A DNA stretch of 64,000 nucleotides, from assembly GCA_963827235.1 (NCBI GenBank), contig CAWHAE010000015.1, positions 1 through 64,000 of the forward strand, read 5' to 3'. Each line of letters begins with the position of its first letter. The stretch's first letter is position 1. The notes beneath the pieces were generated by a model that ran no database searches, was not told the DNA's origin, and was given only the letters and a program-made list of their open reading frames with translations. The position numbers and the translations under genes are program-made. This stretch comes from an uncultured bacterium (GTDB taxonomy: Bacteria; Chloroflexota; UBA5177; JANWHV01). Shown one piece after another: positions 31,891-41,559 of the stretch.

Positions 31891-32927
31891 ACAGGCGGGC
31901 GCTGAACGGAGGGGTAGCCGTCGCGGCGAATCGGACGCCCAGATCGGGGCCATGCGGACAGGTCAACCCCGTGCAACATGTCCTCTCCCCCAACAGTTCA
32001 AACCATTAGTCTGCGTACTGCGCAAACTCATGCGTAGATCGACACAAGCGCATTAAGCAGAGCCGATATGCTATCCGATTTCTCCAATATGGTGCCATAG
32101 TGCCCTAATTGTAGGCCGTCTGGCCCTATCTACGGTGGCCAACCGCCTGCTACAGTGGTGCCCAGTCGGACCACGGCTTGCGACCAGGTTCCGACTTCGC
32201 TGAGTTCTGGATACGGGGCATTGTGACACTGACGTAGGAGGTCTAGCGTACGTCACCGCCGGTGTGGACCGGCGAGGTGGGAGCAGTCGATGGGCAGGCG
32301 ATCCCTGCCAGTGCGACGACCCGGCCTCTTGTGGTTGGCAATGAGCCTGACACTCGTGCCTAGTGCTGTCCGACGTACGCGCTCAACGGCCTCGAGCCAT
32401 ACCAGGGTGATCCCGGCAGGCCCCCTAGCCTCAGGGCAGGAATCCCCCTCATCGCTCCTGCGCGCCGCCCATGGCCACAGGGGGGCACCGAGCCCCGGCA
32501 ATACGCTGGCAATCCAGGAAGTGCCTGTTCTCGCCCAGCGCCATGCACTGCCGGCGAGTCATGCCACCACGACACGCACGATAGTCGTCACCATCGACGC
32601 GTCTCCGATCGGCACGCCCCGACGCAACGTGAGCACCCTTGGGTGCGTTCAACACCCATATGTTTCGTCGGCTTCGCTAGCTGCGCGAGGAGGCCCAGGA
32701 ACGCGCAGTGGGCGCCCGTCAGAAGCGGCCACTATGTAGCTGCGCAGTGCGACCCAGAGAGGAGGTCGAAAACGCGCCGCAGTTCTTTGGGGGACGCATC
32801 TCGAGAGATCCCCTGGACTACACACACGACATTGTCAGGTAGGAGGTAGACCATGAGGGAAGGAGCAGGCTAGCGAATAGCGGGAAACACCACATCCCCT
32901 GGAGGTGACTCCAGAAAGGAGCAGGTC

Positions 32928-34802
32928 ATGTCTCACCGCGGGATATCCTATACCTTCCGGCGCTTGATGATCTTGCTGCTCGTCGTCGGCATGACGGCGG
33001 AGAGCGCCACGGACGTCCACGCCGCCACACCGCCGGCTGCCACCGGGGTCTATGGCCAGCCCGACTTCGCGTCCAATACCGTGAACAACGGGGGCGTCAG
33101 CGCCACCAGCCTTTGGCAGCCTATCGGCGTGGTGCTCGACAGCAGCGGCAACGCCTATGTGGCGGATCAGCTTAATAACCGGGTACTGTACTACCCAGCA
33201 GGGAGCACCACAGCTACACGGGTCTATGGTCAGCCCGACTTCATCTCTAACGCTTATGACAACGGCGGGGTCAGCGCCACCAGCCTCGCCGAGCCAATGG
33301 GAGTGGCCCTCGACAGCGGCGGCAACCTCTACGTGGCCGATACGGACAACAACCGGGTGGTGTACTACCCGGCGAGCTGCTCGTCAACCCCGTTCAACTG
33401 TGCCGCTACCCGGGTCTACGGGCAGGCCGCTTTCTCCGGCTATGACCAGAACGAGGGGGGGCATCCCACCGCGCCCAGCCTCGTTCTTCCTGATGCACTG
33501 GCACTCGACAGCGGCGGCAACCTCTACGTGGCGGACTGGGCCAACAACCGGGTCGTGTATTATCCGGCGAGCTGCTCGTCCACCCAGTTCAACTGTGCTG
33601 CTACCCGGGTCTACGGGCAGGCCGACCTCACCACAAACAGCCCGAACACTGGGGGCATCAGCGCCACTAGCCTGGACAAACCCAATGGACTGGCCGTCGA
33701 CAGCACCGGCAACCTCTACGTGGCGGACTTTTCCAACAACCGGGTGCTGTACTACCCGGCGAGTTGCTCGTCCACCCCGTTCGACTGTGCCGCTACCCGC
33801 GTCTACGGTCAGATCGGCTTTGCTGAGAGCACTGGGGTTGTCAGCGCCACCAGCCTGTGGCTGCCCACTGAGGTGGCCGTCGACAGCAGCGGCGACCTCT
33901 ACGTGGCGGATTGGTATAACAGCCGGGTGCTGTACTATCCGGCGAGTTGCTCGTCCACGCCGTTCGCCTGTGCCGCTACCCGGGTCTACGGCCAGCCCGA
34001 CTTCACTTCCAGCGCTGCAAACAACGGAGGCATCAGCGCCACCAGCCTCGCTGAGCCCTGGGCAGTGGCGCTCGACAGTAGCGGCAACCTCTACGTGTCG
34101 GACTTTTCCAACAACCGGGTGCTCGCCTCTTTCAGAGAGGCGACCAGACAGGCGACCTCCCTGGCTTACACCGGTCCGACGCTCCTGGCTCAGAGTCAGT
34201 CTGCCCTCCTCACTGCTACGCTCCACGGCCAGAATCAGCCGGTGGCCATCGACGACACTGTGACTTTCGCACTCGACGGCCAGAGCTGCACGGCGACAGT
34301 TGGCGACAGCTCCGGAACGGTATCCTGTGCGATCATGGTGAACCAGGCACTCGGTCCGGGGCTCTCGGTACAGGTCAGCTTCGGCGGCGATCAGGACAGC
34401 GCGCCCTCGTCCACCAGCGTGCCGGTCATCGTGTACGGGACGCTGGCCAGCGGGTCCTTCGTGATCGGTGACCAGAGTGCAACGGTCGGCGCCAGCGTCA
34501 TGTTCTGGGGCGCTCAGTGGGCCAAGGTGAACGTCCTTTCCGGCGGCGCGGCGCCCTCCTCGTTCAAGGGTTTCGCGGCCAACGTGAGCGGGAGCCAATG
34601 GACCGCTGGTCCGGGCAACAGCTCCGGAGCGCCAAACAGCGTGCCCACGTATATGGCGGTGGTGGTGTCGTCCTCGGTTACCAAGTCTGGCAGCACCATT
34701 TCCGGCAATATCGTGCACGTGATGATTGTCAAGGTCAATCCCGGCTACGGTCCCGATCCCGGCAGCGCGGGAACCGGCACTAGCGTCGCGCAACTCTCGT
34801 AG
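32928..34802 (+). CDS. Secreted NHL-repeat beta-propeller protein with C-terminal Ig-like/beta domains
   Basis: SD AAAGGAG; signal peptide ending DVHA; six repeats of VYGQPDF...SATSL..P.GVA.DSSGNLYVAD..NNRV. Confidence 0.9.
   Translation: MSHRGISYTFRRLMILLLVVGMTAESATDVHAATPPAATGVYGQPDFASNTVNNGGVSATSLWQPIGVVLDSSGNAYVADQLNNRVLYYPAGSTTATRVYGQPDFISNAYDNGGVSATSLAEPMGVALDSGGNLYVADTDNNRVVYYPASCSSTPFNCAATRVYGQAAFSGYDQNEGGHPTAPSLVLPDALALDSGGNLYVADWANNRVVYYPASCSSTQFNCAATRVYGQADLTTNSPNTGGISATSLDKPNGLAVDSTGNLYVADFSNNRVLYYPASCSSTPFDCAATRVYGQIGFAESTGVVSATSLWLPTEVAVDSSGDLYVADWYNSRVLYYPASCSSTPFACAATRVYGQPDFTSSAANNGGISATSLAEPWAVALDSSGNLYVSDFSNNRVLASFREATRQATSLAYTGPTLLAQSQSALLTATLHGQNQPVAIDDTVTFALDGQSCTATVGDSSGTVSCAIMVNQALGPGLSVQVSFGGDQDSAPSSTSVPVIVYGTLASGSFVIGDQSATVGASVMFWGAQWAKVNVLSGGAAPSSFKGFAANVSGSQWTAGPGNSSGAPNSVPTYMAVVVSSSVTKSGSTISGNIVHVMIVKVNPGYGPDPGSAGTGTSVAQLS
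33040..34125 (+). repeat. Intragenic tandem repeats (~170-190 bp units) encoding NHL blades
   Basis: Recurrent near-identical DNA, e.g. cagcgccaccagcct, gacagc.gcggcaacctctacgtggcgga, ccggcgag.tgctcgtc.acc, gctacccgggtctacgg.cag. Confidence 0.9.
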
Positions 34803-34848
34803 CTCGCGGGGGGCGCTGCCTGCTACCGTCGGCAGAGCGCAACACCGC

Positions 34849-34884
34849 AAAAGAGGCCTCCGGCACTTGGCGCCGGAGGCCTCT
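34849..34884. terminator. Intrinsic terminator-like hairpin between the converging NHL gene and tdh
   Basis: 13-bp perfect stem AGAGGCCTCCGGC / GCCGGAGGCCTCT preceded by an A run (U-tract on the minus strand). Confidence 0.75.
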
Positions 34885-35267
34885 GTAGCCTAGGCGCGGC
34901 TGCCCGCACACGTATGGGGGGGGGTGTGCCCAGCGGCTCAAAGCTTTCCTGTACTCGACGAGTGTCTATGCGGGGAATCGCATGGCCATGCAGCAGCCGA
35001 TAGGTCGATTCCTCGCGCCTCCGCCTGTCCCCCGTGGCTGTCCGGGAGCCTGTAGTTGCTTCCGTGGCCAGGAGATGGGGTTTGGAAAGGTCCACCTGAT
35101 CTCGAGTAGCGCCGGCATCGGGAGAAGCCGCCCACTCTCCAAGGCCGGGTACCGTTCTGCATCTTGGCCACACACCGTTGGGAGCGGCATCTAGGTCGGC
35201 TCCTGTTCGCTGTGGCACGGCAGTGGCCGGATCGACGCGATCCGGAGGCTGCAGAAATCGTGCCCGC

Positions 35268-36320
35268 CTACGGCACCGCGGCACCGCGTGAGGCGTCGGC
35301 CCAGTGCAGCACGACCTTGCCCGCGTTTCCCTGCTCGGCCACGGCGAATGCTTCTTCGTAGTCGGCGTAGGGAAAGCGATGGGTGATCACGGGTGAGATG
35401 TCGAGACCGGACTGCAGCATGGAGGTCATCATGTACCAGGTCTCATACATCTCGCGCCCGTAGATACCCTTGATGGTCAGCATGTTGAATACGACGGTAT
35501 TCCAGTCGATGGCGATCTCGTCCTTTGGAATGCCGAGCATGGCGATACGGCCTCCGTGCGCCATGTTGGCGAGCATGTCGCGCAGGGCGGAGGGGCTGCC
35601 CGACATCTCCAGTCCAACGTCGAAGCCTTCCTGCATGCCCAGGGCGGCCTGGGCATCCTTGATCGTCTCGGTGCGGACGTCGAGGGCGCGAGTCACGCCC
35701 AGCCGGCGCGCCAGGTCCAGCCGGTACTGGTTGACGTCGGTGATCACCACGTGCCGGGCTCCGGCGTGGAGGACCACGGCGGCGGCCATGATGCCGATTG
35801 GTCCGGCGCCGGTAATCAGCACGTCTTCACCGAGCACGGAGTACGACAGCGCGGTGTGCACGGCATTGCCGAAGGGATCGAAGATAGCGGCGACGTCGAG
35901 ATCGATGCCGGGCGCGTGACGCCAGATATTGGTCATCGGCAGGGCGATGTATTCGGCGAAGGCGCCGGTGCGGTTCACGCCGATGCCTTCGGTGTGCGCG
36001 CACAGGTGGCGCCGGCCGGCCATGCAGTTGCGACAGCGCCCGCATACCACGTGACCCTCGCCGCTGACGATGTCGCCGGGGCTGAAATCGTTGACGTTGG
36101 ATCCGACCTCCACCACCTCGCCGACGAACTCATGCCCGATGGCCAGTGGGACGGACACAGATCGCTGTGCCCAGGCGTTCCAGTCGTAGATATGCAGATC
36201 GGTGCCGCAAATGCCGGTGCGAAGCACGCGAATGAGCAGATCGTTGATGCCGATAGTCGGCTCGGGCACATCCGCGAGCCACAAACCCTTCTCGGGCCTG
36301 CTCTTGACCAGTGCTTTCAT
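35268..36320 (-). CDS. tdh: L-threonine 3-dehydrogenase
   Basis: [37 protein letters not shown]...[32 protein letters not shown]. Confidence 0.96.
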   Translation of the reverse strand: MKALVKSRPEKGLWLADVPEPTIGINDLLIRVLRTGICGTDLHIYDWNAWAQRSVSVPLAIGHEFVGEVVEVGSNVNDFSPGDIVSGEGHVVCGRCRNCMAGRRHLCAHTEGIGVNRTGAFAEYIALPMTNIWRHAPGIDLDVAAIFDPFGNAVHTALSYSVLGEDVLITGAGPIGIMAAAVVLHAGARHVVITDVNQYRLDLARRLGVTRALDVRTETIKDAQAALGMQEGFDVGLEMSGSPSALRDMLANMAHGGRIAMLGIPKDEIAIDWNTVVFNMLTIKGIYGREMYETWYMMTSMLQSGLDISPVITHRFPYADYEEAFAVAEQGNAGKVVLHWADASRGAAVP

Positions 36321-36425
36321 AGCAAAGCCTCTCCCCTCGTGGGACAGCGCGCGGATATGCGGATATGTGGATCCGCACGGTCCTGTTCCTGAGTATAGCC
36401 CGGTCTCCCGCCGCGCCTCACCGGA

Positions 36426-36930
36426 ATGGCGGTCTCGGAGTGCTGCGCTGTGCCCACCTCGCCAGGCACGAGCTTCTCGACCGGGGAAGTTGATTTGCGT
36501 CAGGAACGTGCTACTGAATATCAGCAGGGCACCCACGTGCACCACATTCAGCTTCACACTTCCGGTGAGGCGTTCCCGGTGACTCTCGATGCGGAGAGTC
36601 TGCATCACGTGGTGGACAACGTGCTCGCCAATGCCATCAAGTACAGCCCTCTTGGGCGACATCATCCACTCGCAGTCGATCGCCTGGATGAGCCGTCCGG
36701 TGCGAAGGCCCGCCTGCGCGTGACCGACCAGGGGATCGGCATTCCCCACGCAGACGTACCGCGTGTTTGCGACCAATTCTTCCGTGCCTCGAATGTGGAT
36801 GGCCTGATAGCGGGCACGGGCATCGGTCTGGCAGCCGTGCGCCAGCTCGTCGAGCGCCGCGGCGGCACGCTGTCCATCGAGAGCGAGCTCGGCAAGGGTA
36901 GCGCGGTCACCATTCACCTGCCTCTCCGCC
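36426..36930 (+). pseudogene. Orphan histidine kinase ATPase (HATPase_c) fragment
   Basis: [43 protein letters not shown]. No H-box or sensor domain upstream; the ORF runs on in non-protein-like sequence to 37187. Confidence 0.7.
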
Positions 36931-37155
36931 TAACGGCCATCGAGCAGGGGGCCGCCGCGAAGCTCTATCCAGGCAGCCGGGTCGTCGACGGAGTACAACG
37001 CGCCCGTTCATGCCGGGTGCAACCGCCCGACGGCGCGGCATCTTGTTGCCGGCCCGGCAGCCTTTCAACACCTCCGGGCGGCCGTGGTCCCCCATCCGCT
37101 GCCATGCGACCTCAATCGCGGGCCTTACGCGTCGCTCCTGCCAGCCTCGCCGCGG

Positions 37156-40100
37156 CTAGAGGCCCATTTCGTCAATTGGCCCGCTAACGCTGCCCTGCCA
37201 GGGAGCGGTGGTTACCCAGCGCTCGAGCTCGGCGGCCGGCACAGGGTGGCTCATGTGGAAGCCCTGCCCGATGTCGCAGCCCAGCTCGGCCAGCCGCCCC
37301 AGCGTTATCTCGTCTTCGATTCCTTCGGCTACCACGGCGAGGCCGAGGCTGTGACTCAAGTCGATGATCGAGTGCACGAGGGCCTCGTCGCGTCTGCCGG
37401 GCGCCATGGTCGAGACGAACGATCGGTCGATCTTGATCTCGTCTACCGGCAGCTGTTTGAGGAAGGCCAACGAGGAGAAGCCGGTTCCGAAGTCGTCGAT
37501 GGCAATATGCACGCCCGCTGCCGACAGGGTGGTCAGGACGTCCAGCGTGTGCTCGAGATCCGCCATCAGGGCGTTCTCGACGATCTCCAGGGTCAGGCAG
37601 TAGGGTGGGACTCCGTGCTCGCGTAACGCGGCGAACACCATGGTTGCCAGCTCCGGGCTCTGCAGTAGCCGCGCCGAGATGTTGACCGCCACCCTCAGTC
37701 CGAGGCCCTTCCGTCGCCACTCGGCACACTGGCGCACCGCGGTGTCGAGCACCCACCGTGTCAGGGGAATGCCTGCGCCGATGCGCTCGGCAAGGGGCAG
37801 AAACCGCGCCGGCGGGATGAAGCCATGGCGCGGATGGTGCCAGCGCAGCAGCGCCTCAACCGTGGCCACCTGCTTCGTGCCGAGGTCGATCAACGGCTGG
37901 TAGTAGAGATGGAGACCGCCGGTATTCAGGGCATGCATGAACTCCTGCGGCAGGGCCAGGTAGTCGGGGTTGTGCTCGTCGAGGACGATGTCGTAGAGGG
38001 CGTGGCCGCTTCCCGCGTGCTTCGCCGCGTACATTGCTACGTCCGCGTGAGCGACGAGGGTCGCGGCATCGTCTCCGTGCAGAGGATAGAGCGCGATGCC
38101 GATGCTGGCGGCCATCGTGGGGCAGTGCCCCTCGATCTCGATCGGCTTCTGCAGCGCTCTGCCGATCCGCGCCGCGATGTCGACCGCGGTTTGCTCGTTG
38201 GCATCCGGCAGAATGATCGCGAACTCGTCGCCGCCCAGGCGCGCAATCGTGTCCGGCGCACGCACGGCAGCACGCAGGCGCTCGGCGACCACTTTCAGGA
38301 CAAGGTCGCCGAAGCCATGGCCAAACGCATCGTTGACTTCCTTGAATCTGTCAAGGTCGAGCAAGCACATGGCGAGCGACGTCTGCTCGCGCCTGGCGAC
38401 GCGCAACGCTTGCTCGATGCGGTCACCGAACAGGGCGCGATTCGGCATGCCGGTGAGCACGTCGTGCATGGCCTGGTGCTGCAGCGCTTCCTCGATCTGC
38501 TTCCTCTCGGTGATGTCGCGGCTGTTGAGGATAATGCCCCTGATAGCGGGATCGGAGCTTCGATCGTTTGCCTTCACCTCGAGGATTCGCCAACTGCCGT
38601 CCGCGTGCTGCATGCGGACTTCGCCAACGACGAACGAGCCGCCGTAGCGCCCCGCGCCGGCGAGGGCGGCAGTGAGATGCTCCGCATCGTCGGGGTGCAG
38701 CCAGGCAGCCAGGTGCGTGCCCAGCAAGCGCTGCGCGGAGATGCCCAGGAGTGCCTCGTGTGACGGGCTGGCGTAGGTGACCGTCTCCTCGGCGCCGACG
38801 ATGAGCATCAGGTCGGTGGCATGCTCCACAAGCGCCCTGAAGTACTGCTCCCGCTGCTGCGCGGCCTGCCGCTGTTGATCGGCCAGGAGGCCAAGCGCCT
38901 CCCGCTCCAGGACGACGGTGAGCTGCGCCAGCCACTGTCGCAGCGAATCGTGTGCTTCGCGAAACTGGCCGCCGGCGGGAAAGACGACCGCGAGATATCC
39001 CCATTGCTTTTCCCGCGTGCCGAGCGGGAACACAGACACCGTCTGCGGCATGGATCGCTCCACGCATGCCTCGAGAAATTCTGCCGGCGGAAACGCCTGC
39101 ACGGCGACGCGCTTGCCAACCGCGGCGGCCGCGGCACCGTCGTCTCCCAGGACGGCGCGAATCTCCAGCCGGCGCTCTCCTCCCCTCGTGCCCTCTCGCC
39201 AGAGAGCAAGGCAACAGCGCCGGAGGGCCGCCAGGCGCGCCCATTCGAGATCGCCCGTACTGCCCGAGGAGCGAGCCAGTGCTACGCTCACGTCGTAGGC
39301 GCGGTGCATCGTGGTCTCGTGAGTCCGCCTGGCACGTGTGCCGGCGAACATGGCACTGCGCAGCACCGATAAGCGTGACTGCTCGAGGAACGCGGCCAGC
39401 CGGTCGGGCGCGCCTTCGTCCGCGATGTCGCCCTGCTCGAGACGGGCCTCGCCCGCCTGCTCAATGGTCAACAGCAGGGAATGCAGGGTGTCCGTGCTCG
39501 CGGTGGCCGTACAGCCCTGCCGCCATGCCTCGTCCAGGCGCGCCGTGTCCAGCGGCCCGGCGCCGCGCAGTGCGCCGTCGAACGCCTCCGCGATTGCGCC
39601 GACGCCTGGCCAGAGCTGTTCGGCAGACGTAAGCCTGTCCGGATGGCGCGGCCAGAGGAGCTGAGCGGCGAGTTGATCGGCGAGCCATGCCGGCCAATCC
39701 GTGCGCGGCATACCCTGCAGCCGGTCCCGCGCCATGCTGCCGTCACCCGCGCAGCCGCAGGAGCGGCGGCAGACGAACGTGGTCGGCACCAGCACGACGC
39801 CGCCCGAGGCCGACTCGCCGGCGAGCAGGGCGAGCAACTGTTCGGCGGCCGCGACTCCCAGGGCGCTGAACGTCTGCCGCACACTGGTGAGCGGGGGCGT
39901 GCTGTACTGTGCCAGGTCGATATCGTCGAATCCGATAATCGCCATGTCGTCGGGTACGCGACAGCCTGCTTTCTGCAGCACCTCCAGCGCGCCGATCGCG
40001 TTGGCATCGGTGGCAGCCAGGATCGCCGTGCAGGGCATTCCCGCGGCCAGCATGGCGGTCGCGGCCACCCGCCCGCCTTCTTCGATACAGTCGGAGGCCG

Positions 40101-40629
40101 CGAAGAAGAGCTCAGAATCGGGACTGATGCCGGCTCCGAGCAATGCCGCGCGGTAGCCTTCGTAGCGCTCGAGCGGATCCTCCTGCTCGAGCCAGCCCAT
40201 GAAGGCAATGCGCCGGTGGCCGTGGGCCAGCAGATGGCGGACCGCGGTGGCCGCACCTCCGCGGTTATCGGGCACGACGGACGGAAACAGGGGGACGGGA
40301 TTGTGGGCGCTCACGGTGACGATCGGCTTGCCCCCGGCTACCAGGGCCTGCAGCCCTTCCTCCGTCAGCGAATCCGCGATCACGATGAAGCCATCCATGT
40401 GATCCTGGGCGATCGGCAGCAAGGGGGCCGGGTTCATCCGGTCATAGGCCCACGGCTCGGCTTGCTGAACTGCAACCACTCCCGTGCCGCGCCGGGTAGC
40501 AACGGCGTCGATGCCGGCCATGACGTCGCCGTAGTAGAACCCGCCCACGAGCGAGGACAGCACGCCGATGGTCCGGCGGCGCGGATGAGCAGGCTGAGCC
40601 AAATTCCCACTTGTCGATACGGCACCCAT
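37156..40629 (-). CDS. LacI-type ligand-binding domain + GAF-like + PAS + GGDEF + EAL protein (c-di-GMP cyclase/phosphodiesterase)
   Basis: TIGVL..GFYY, DNRGGAATAVRHLLAHGHRRIAF, IIGFDD, PPLTSV (no HTH); PAS YFRALVEH...LHPDD...SRDITERK; HDVLTGMPNR, intact GGDEF, EAL and DDFGTG. Confidence 0.93.
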   Translation of the reverse strand: MGAVSTSGNLAQPAHPRRRTIGVLSSLVGGFYYGDVMAGIDAVATRRGTGVVAVQQAEPWAYDRMNPAPLLPIAQDHMDGFIVIADSLTEEGLQALVAGGKPIVTVSAHNPVPLFPSVVPDNRGGAATAVRHLLAHGHRRIAFMGWLEQEDPLERYEGYRAALLGAGISPDSELFFAASDCIEEGGRVAATAMLAAGMPCTAILAATDANAIGALEVLQKAGCRVPDDMAIIGFDDIDLAQYSTPPLTSVRQTFSALGVAAAEQLLALLAGESASGGVVLVPTTFVCRRSCGCAGDGSMARDRLQGMPRTDWPAWLADQLAAQLLWPRHPDRLTSAEQLWPGVGAIAEAFDGALRGAGPLDTARLDEAWRQGCTATASTDTLHSLLLTIEQAGEARLEQGDIADEGAPDRLAAFLEQSRLSVLRSAMFAGTRARRTHETTMHRAYDVSVALARSSGSTGDLEWARLAALRRCCLALWREGTRGGERRLEIRAVLGDDGAAAAAVGKRVAVQAFPPAEFLEACVERSMPQTVSVFPLGTREKQWGYLAVVFPAGGQFREAHDSLRQWLAQLTVVLEREALGLLADQQRQAAQQREQYFRALVEHATDLMLIVGAEETVTYASPSHEALLGISAQRLLGTHLAAWLHPDDAEHLTAALAGAGRYGGSFVVGEVRMQHADGSWRILEVKANDRSSDPAIRGIILNSRDITERKQIEEALQHQAMHDVLTGMPNRALFGDRIEQALRVARREQTSLAMCLLDLDRFKEVNDAFGHGFGDLVLKVVAERLRAAVRAPDTIARLGGDEFAIILPDANEQTAVDIAARIGRALQKPIEIEGHCPTMAASIGIALYPLHGDDAATLVAHADVAMYAAKHAGSGHALYDIVLDEHNPDYLALPQEFMHALNTGGLHLYYQPLIDLGTKQVATVEALLRWHHPRHGFIPPARFLPLAERIGAGIPLTRWVLDTAVRQCAEWRRKGLGLRVAVNISARLLQSPELATMVFAALREHGVPPYCLTLEIVENALMADLEHTLDVLTTLSAAGVHIAIDDFGTGFSSLAFLKQLPVDEIKIDRSFVSTMAPGRRDEALVHSIIDLSHSLGLAVVAEGIEDEITLGRLAELGCDIGQGFHMSHPVPAAELERWVTTAPWQGSVSGPIDEMGL

Positions 40630-41112
40630 GAGGCGATGAGTTCCTTTCGACCGTCCGCGGACGCTTGCCGGCGGGACCTCTCTCACGCGGAAATGCAGTC
40701 CCGAGCTCGCACGGGACCGGTCGCACGACGAGCGCCGGCCGCGGCGTCACCGGGTAGCACCAGCATACTTCCTTCGCCGTCGCCGTGCACAACGTATCTG
40801 GACAGCCGGGCCGTCCAGGCGTCCCTGAAATCCGCTCCTGCCGGCCAATAGACGGGCCGGCGACGGCGCACCTGGATCCGGGACCGATCGGACATCTTGC
40901 CCGCTCCGTCCGCCGCCAGGAGGCCAGCGAGACGCTCGCGGTTCCGGTGTGTTTGCCAGCAGTGTCAAATCTGTGATCCGGCGCTTTGGTCCGCCGATCC
41001 CGGGATCACTCTTGCCTACCTCCGGACATGTCCGGCATAGCTGTCATCGTCGCGAGGCGACAGCCCGCTGCCTCACACTCTCCAGGCGTGCCCTCACGGG
41101 GTCGAGTGGCGG

Positions 41113-41556
41113 TCAGGAGGCGCGGCAGTCGCCGCAGTAGCCGAACAGGGTGATCGCGTGGCCCGTTATCTGGTACAGCGTCTGCTGCTCCAGCAGCGGA
41201 CCGAGGCGCGACAGCAGACAGCCATCCAGATCCTCGACGCGGCCGCAGCGCGTGCATACCAGGTGGTGATGGTGACGGGGCGAGCAGTAGACGTACTTGC
41301 TCTCGTGGTTGTCCTGCGGAAATCTTGTTGCCGCGCCCACTTCCACCAGGAGCTCGAGGGTGCGGTACACCGTCGCCTGCCCGATGGCCGGCTGCTCCTC
41401 GCGCAGGGCAAGATGCAGCTCGCGAGGCGTGACCGACGTTTGCTGACTCATCAGAGCGGCGAGAATGGCACGCCGCTGGGGCGTCGCCACGTGGTGCCGC
41501 TCCTCTATTCGGCGCATGACGTCGTCCTGCTCGGCTGCCGCGTGTTGCATACCCAT
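41113..41556 (-). CDS. Fur-family metalloregulator (probably Zur-like)
   Basis: TPQRRAIL, ATVYRTLELL, HHHHLVCTRCG, C-terminal CGDC; last gene of the metal ABC operon. Confidence 0.92.
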   Translation of the reverse strand: MGMQHAAAEQDDVMRRIEERHHVATPQRRAILAALMSQQTSVTPRELHLALREEQPAIGQATVYRTLELLVEVGAATRFPQDNHESKYVYCSPRHHHHLVCTRCGRVEDLDGCLLSRLGPLLEQQTLYQITGHAITLFGYCGDCRAS

Positions 41557-41559
41557 ACT

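Noticed and set aside
31956-31983. TGTTGCAC..GGTTGA (minus strand) resembling an IS end near the acylase breakpoint
   Set aside because: Short single match with no partner repeat or transposase.
33040-34125. Tandem DNA repeats as a CRISPR array
   Set aside because: The units are ~180 bp, in frame and encode NHL blades; there is no repeat-spacer structure and no cas genes.
34916-34965. GGGGGTGTGCCCAGCGGCTCAAAG resembling a tRNA-Tyr or tmRNA 5' end
   Set aside because: No anticodon stem, no TTCGA T-loop and no matching acceptor 3' strand.
34970-35200. Multi-hairpin region downstream of tdh as a glycine or other riboswitch
   Set aside because: Conserved riboswitch motifs are absent, it is not upstream of a gene, and GC-rich stems are expected by chance.
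36351-36372. GCGGATAT tandem repeat upstream of tdh
   Set aside because: Only two and a half short copies; cannot be told apart from chance or slippage.
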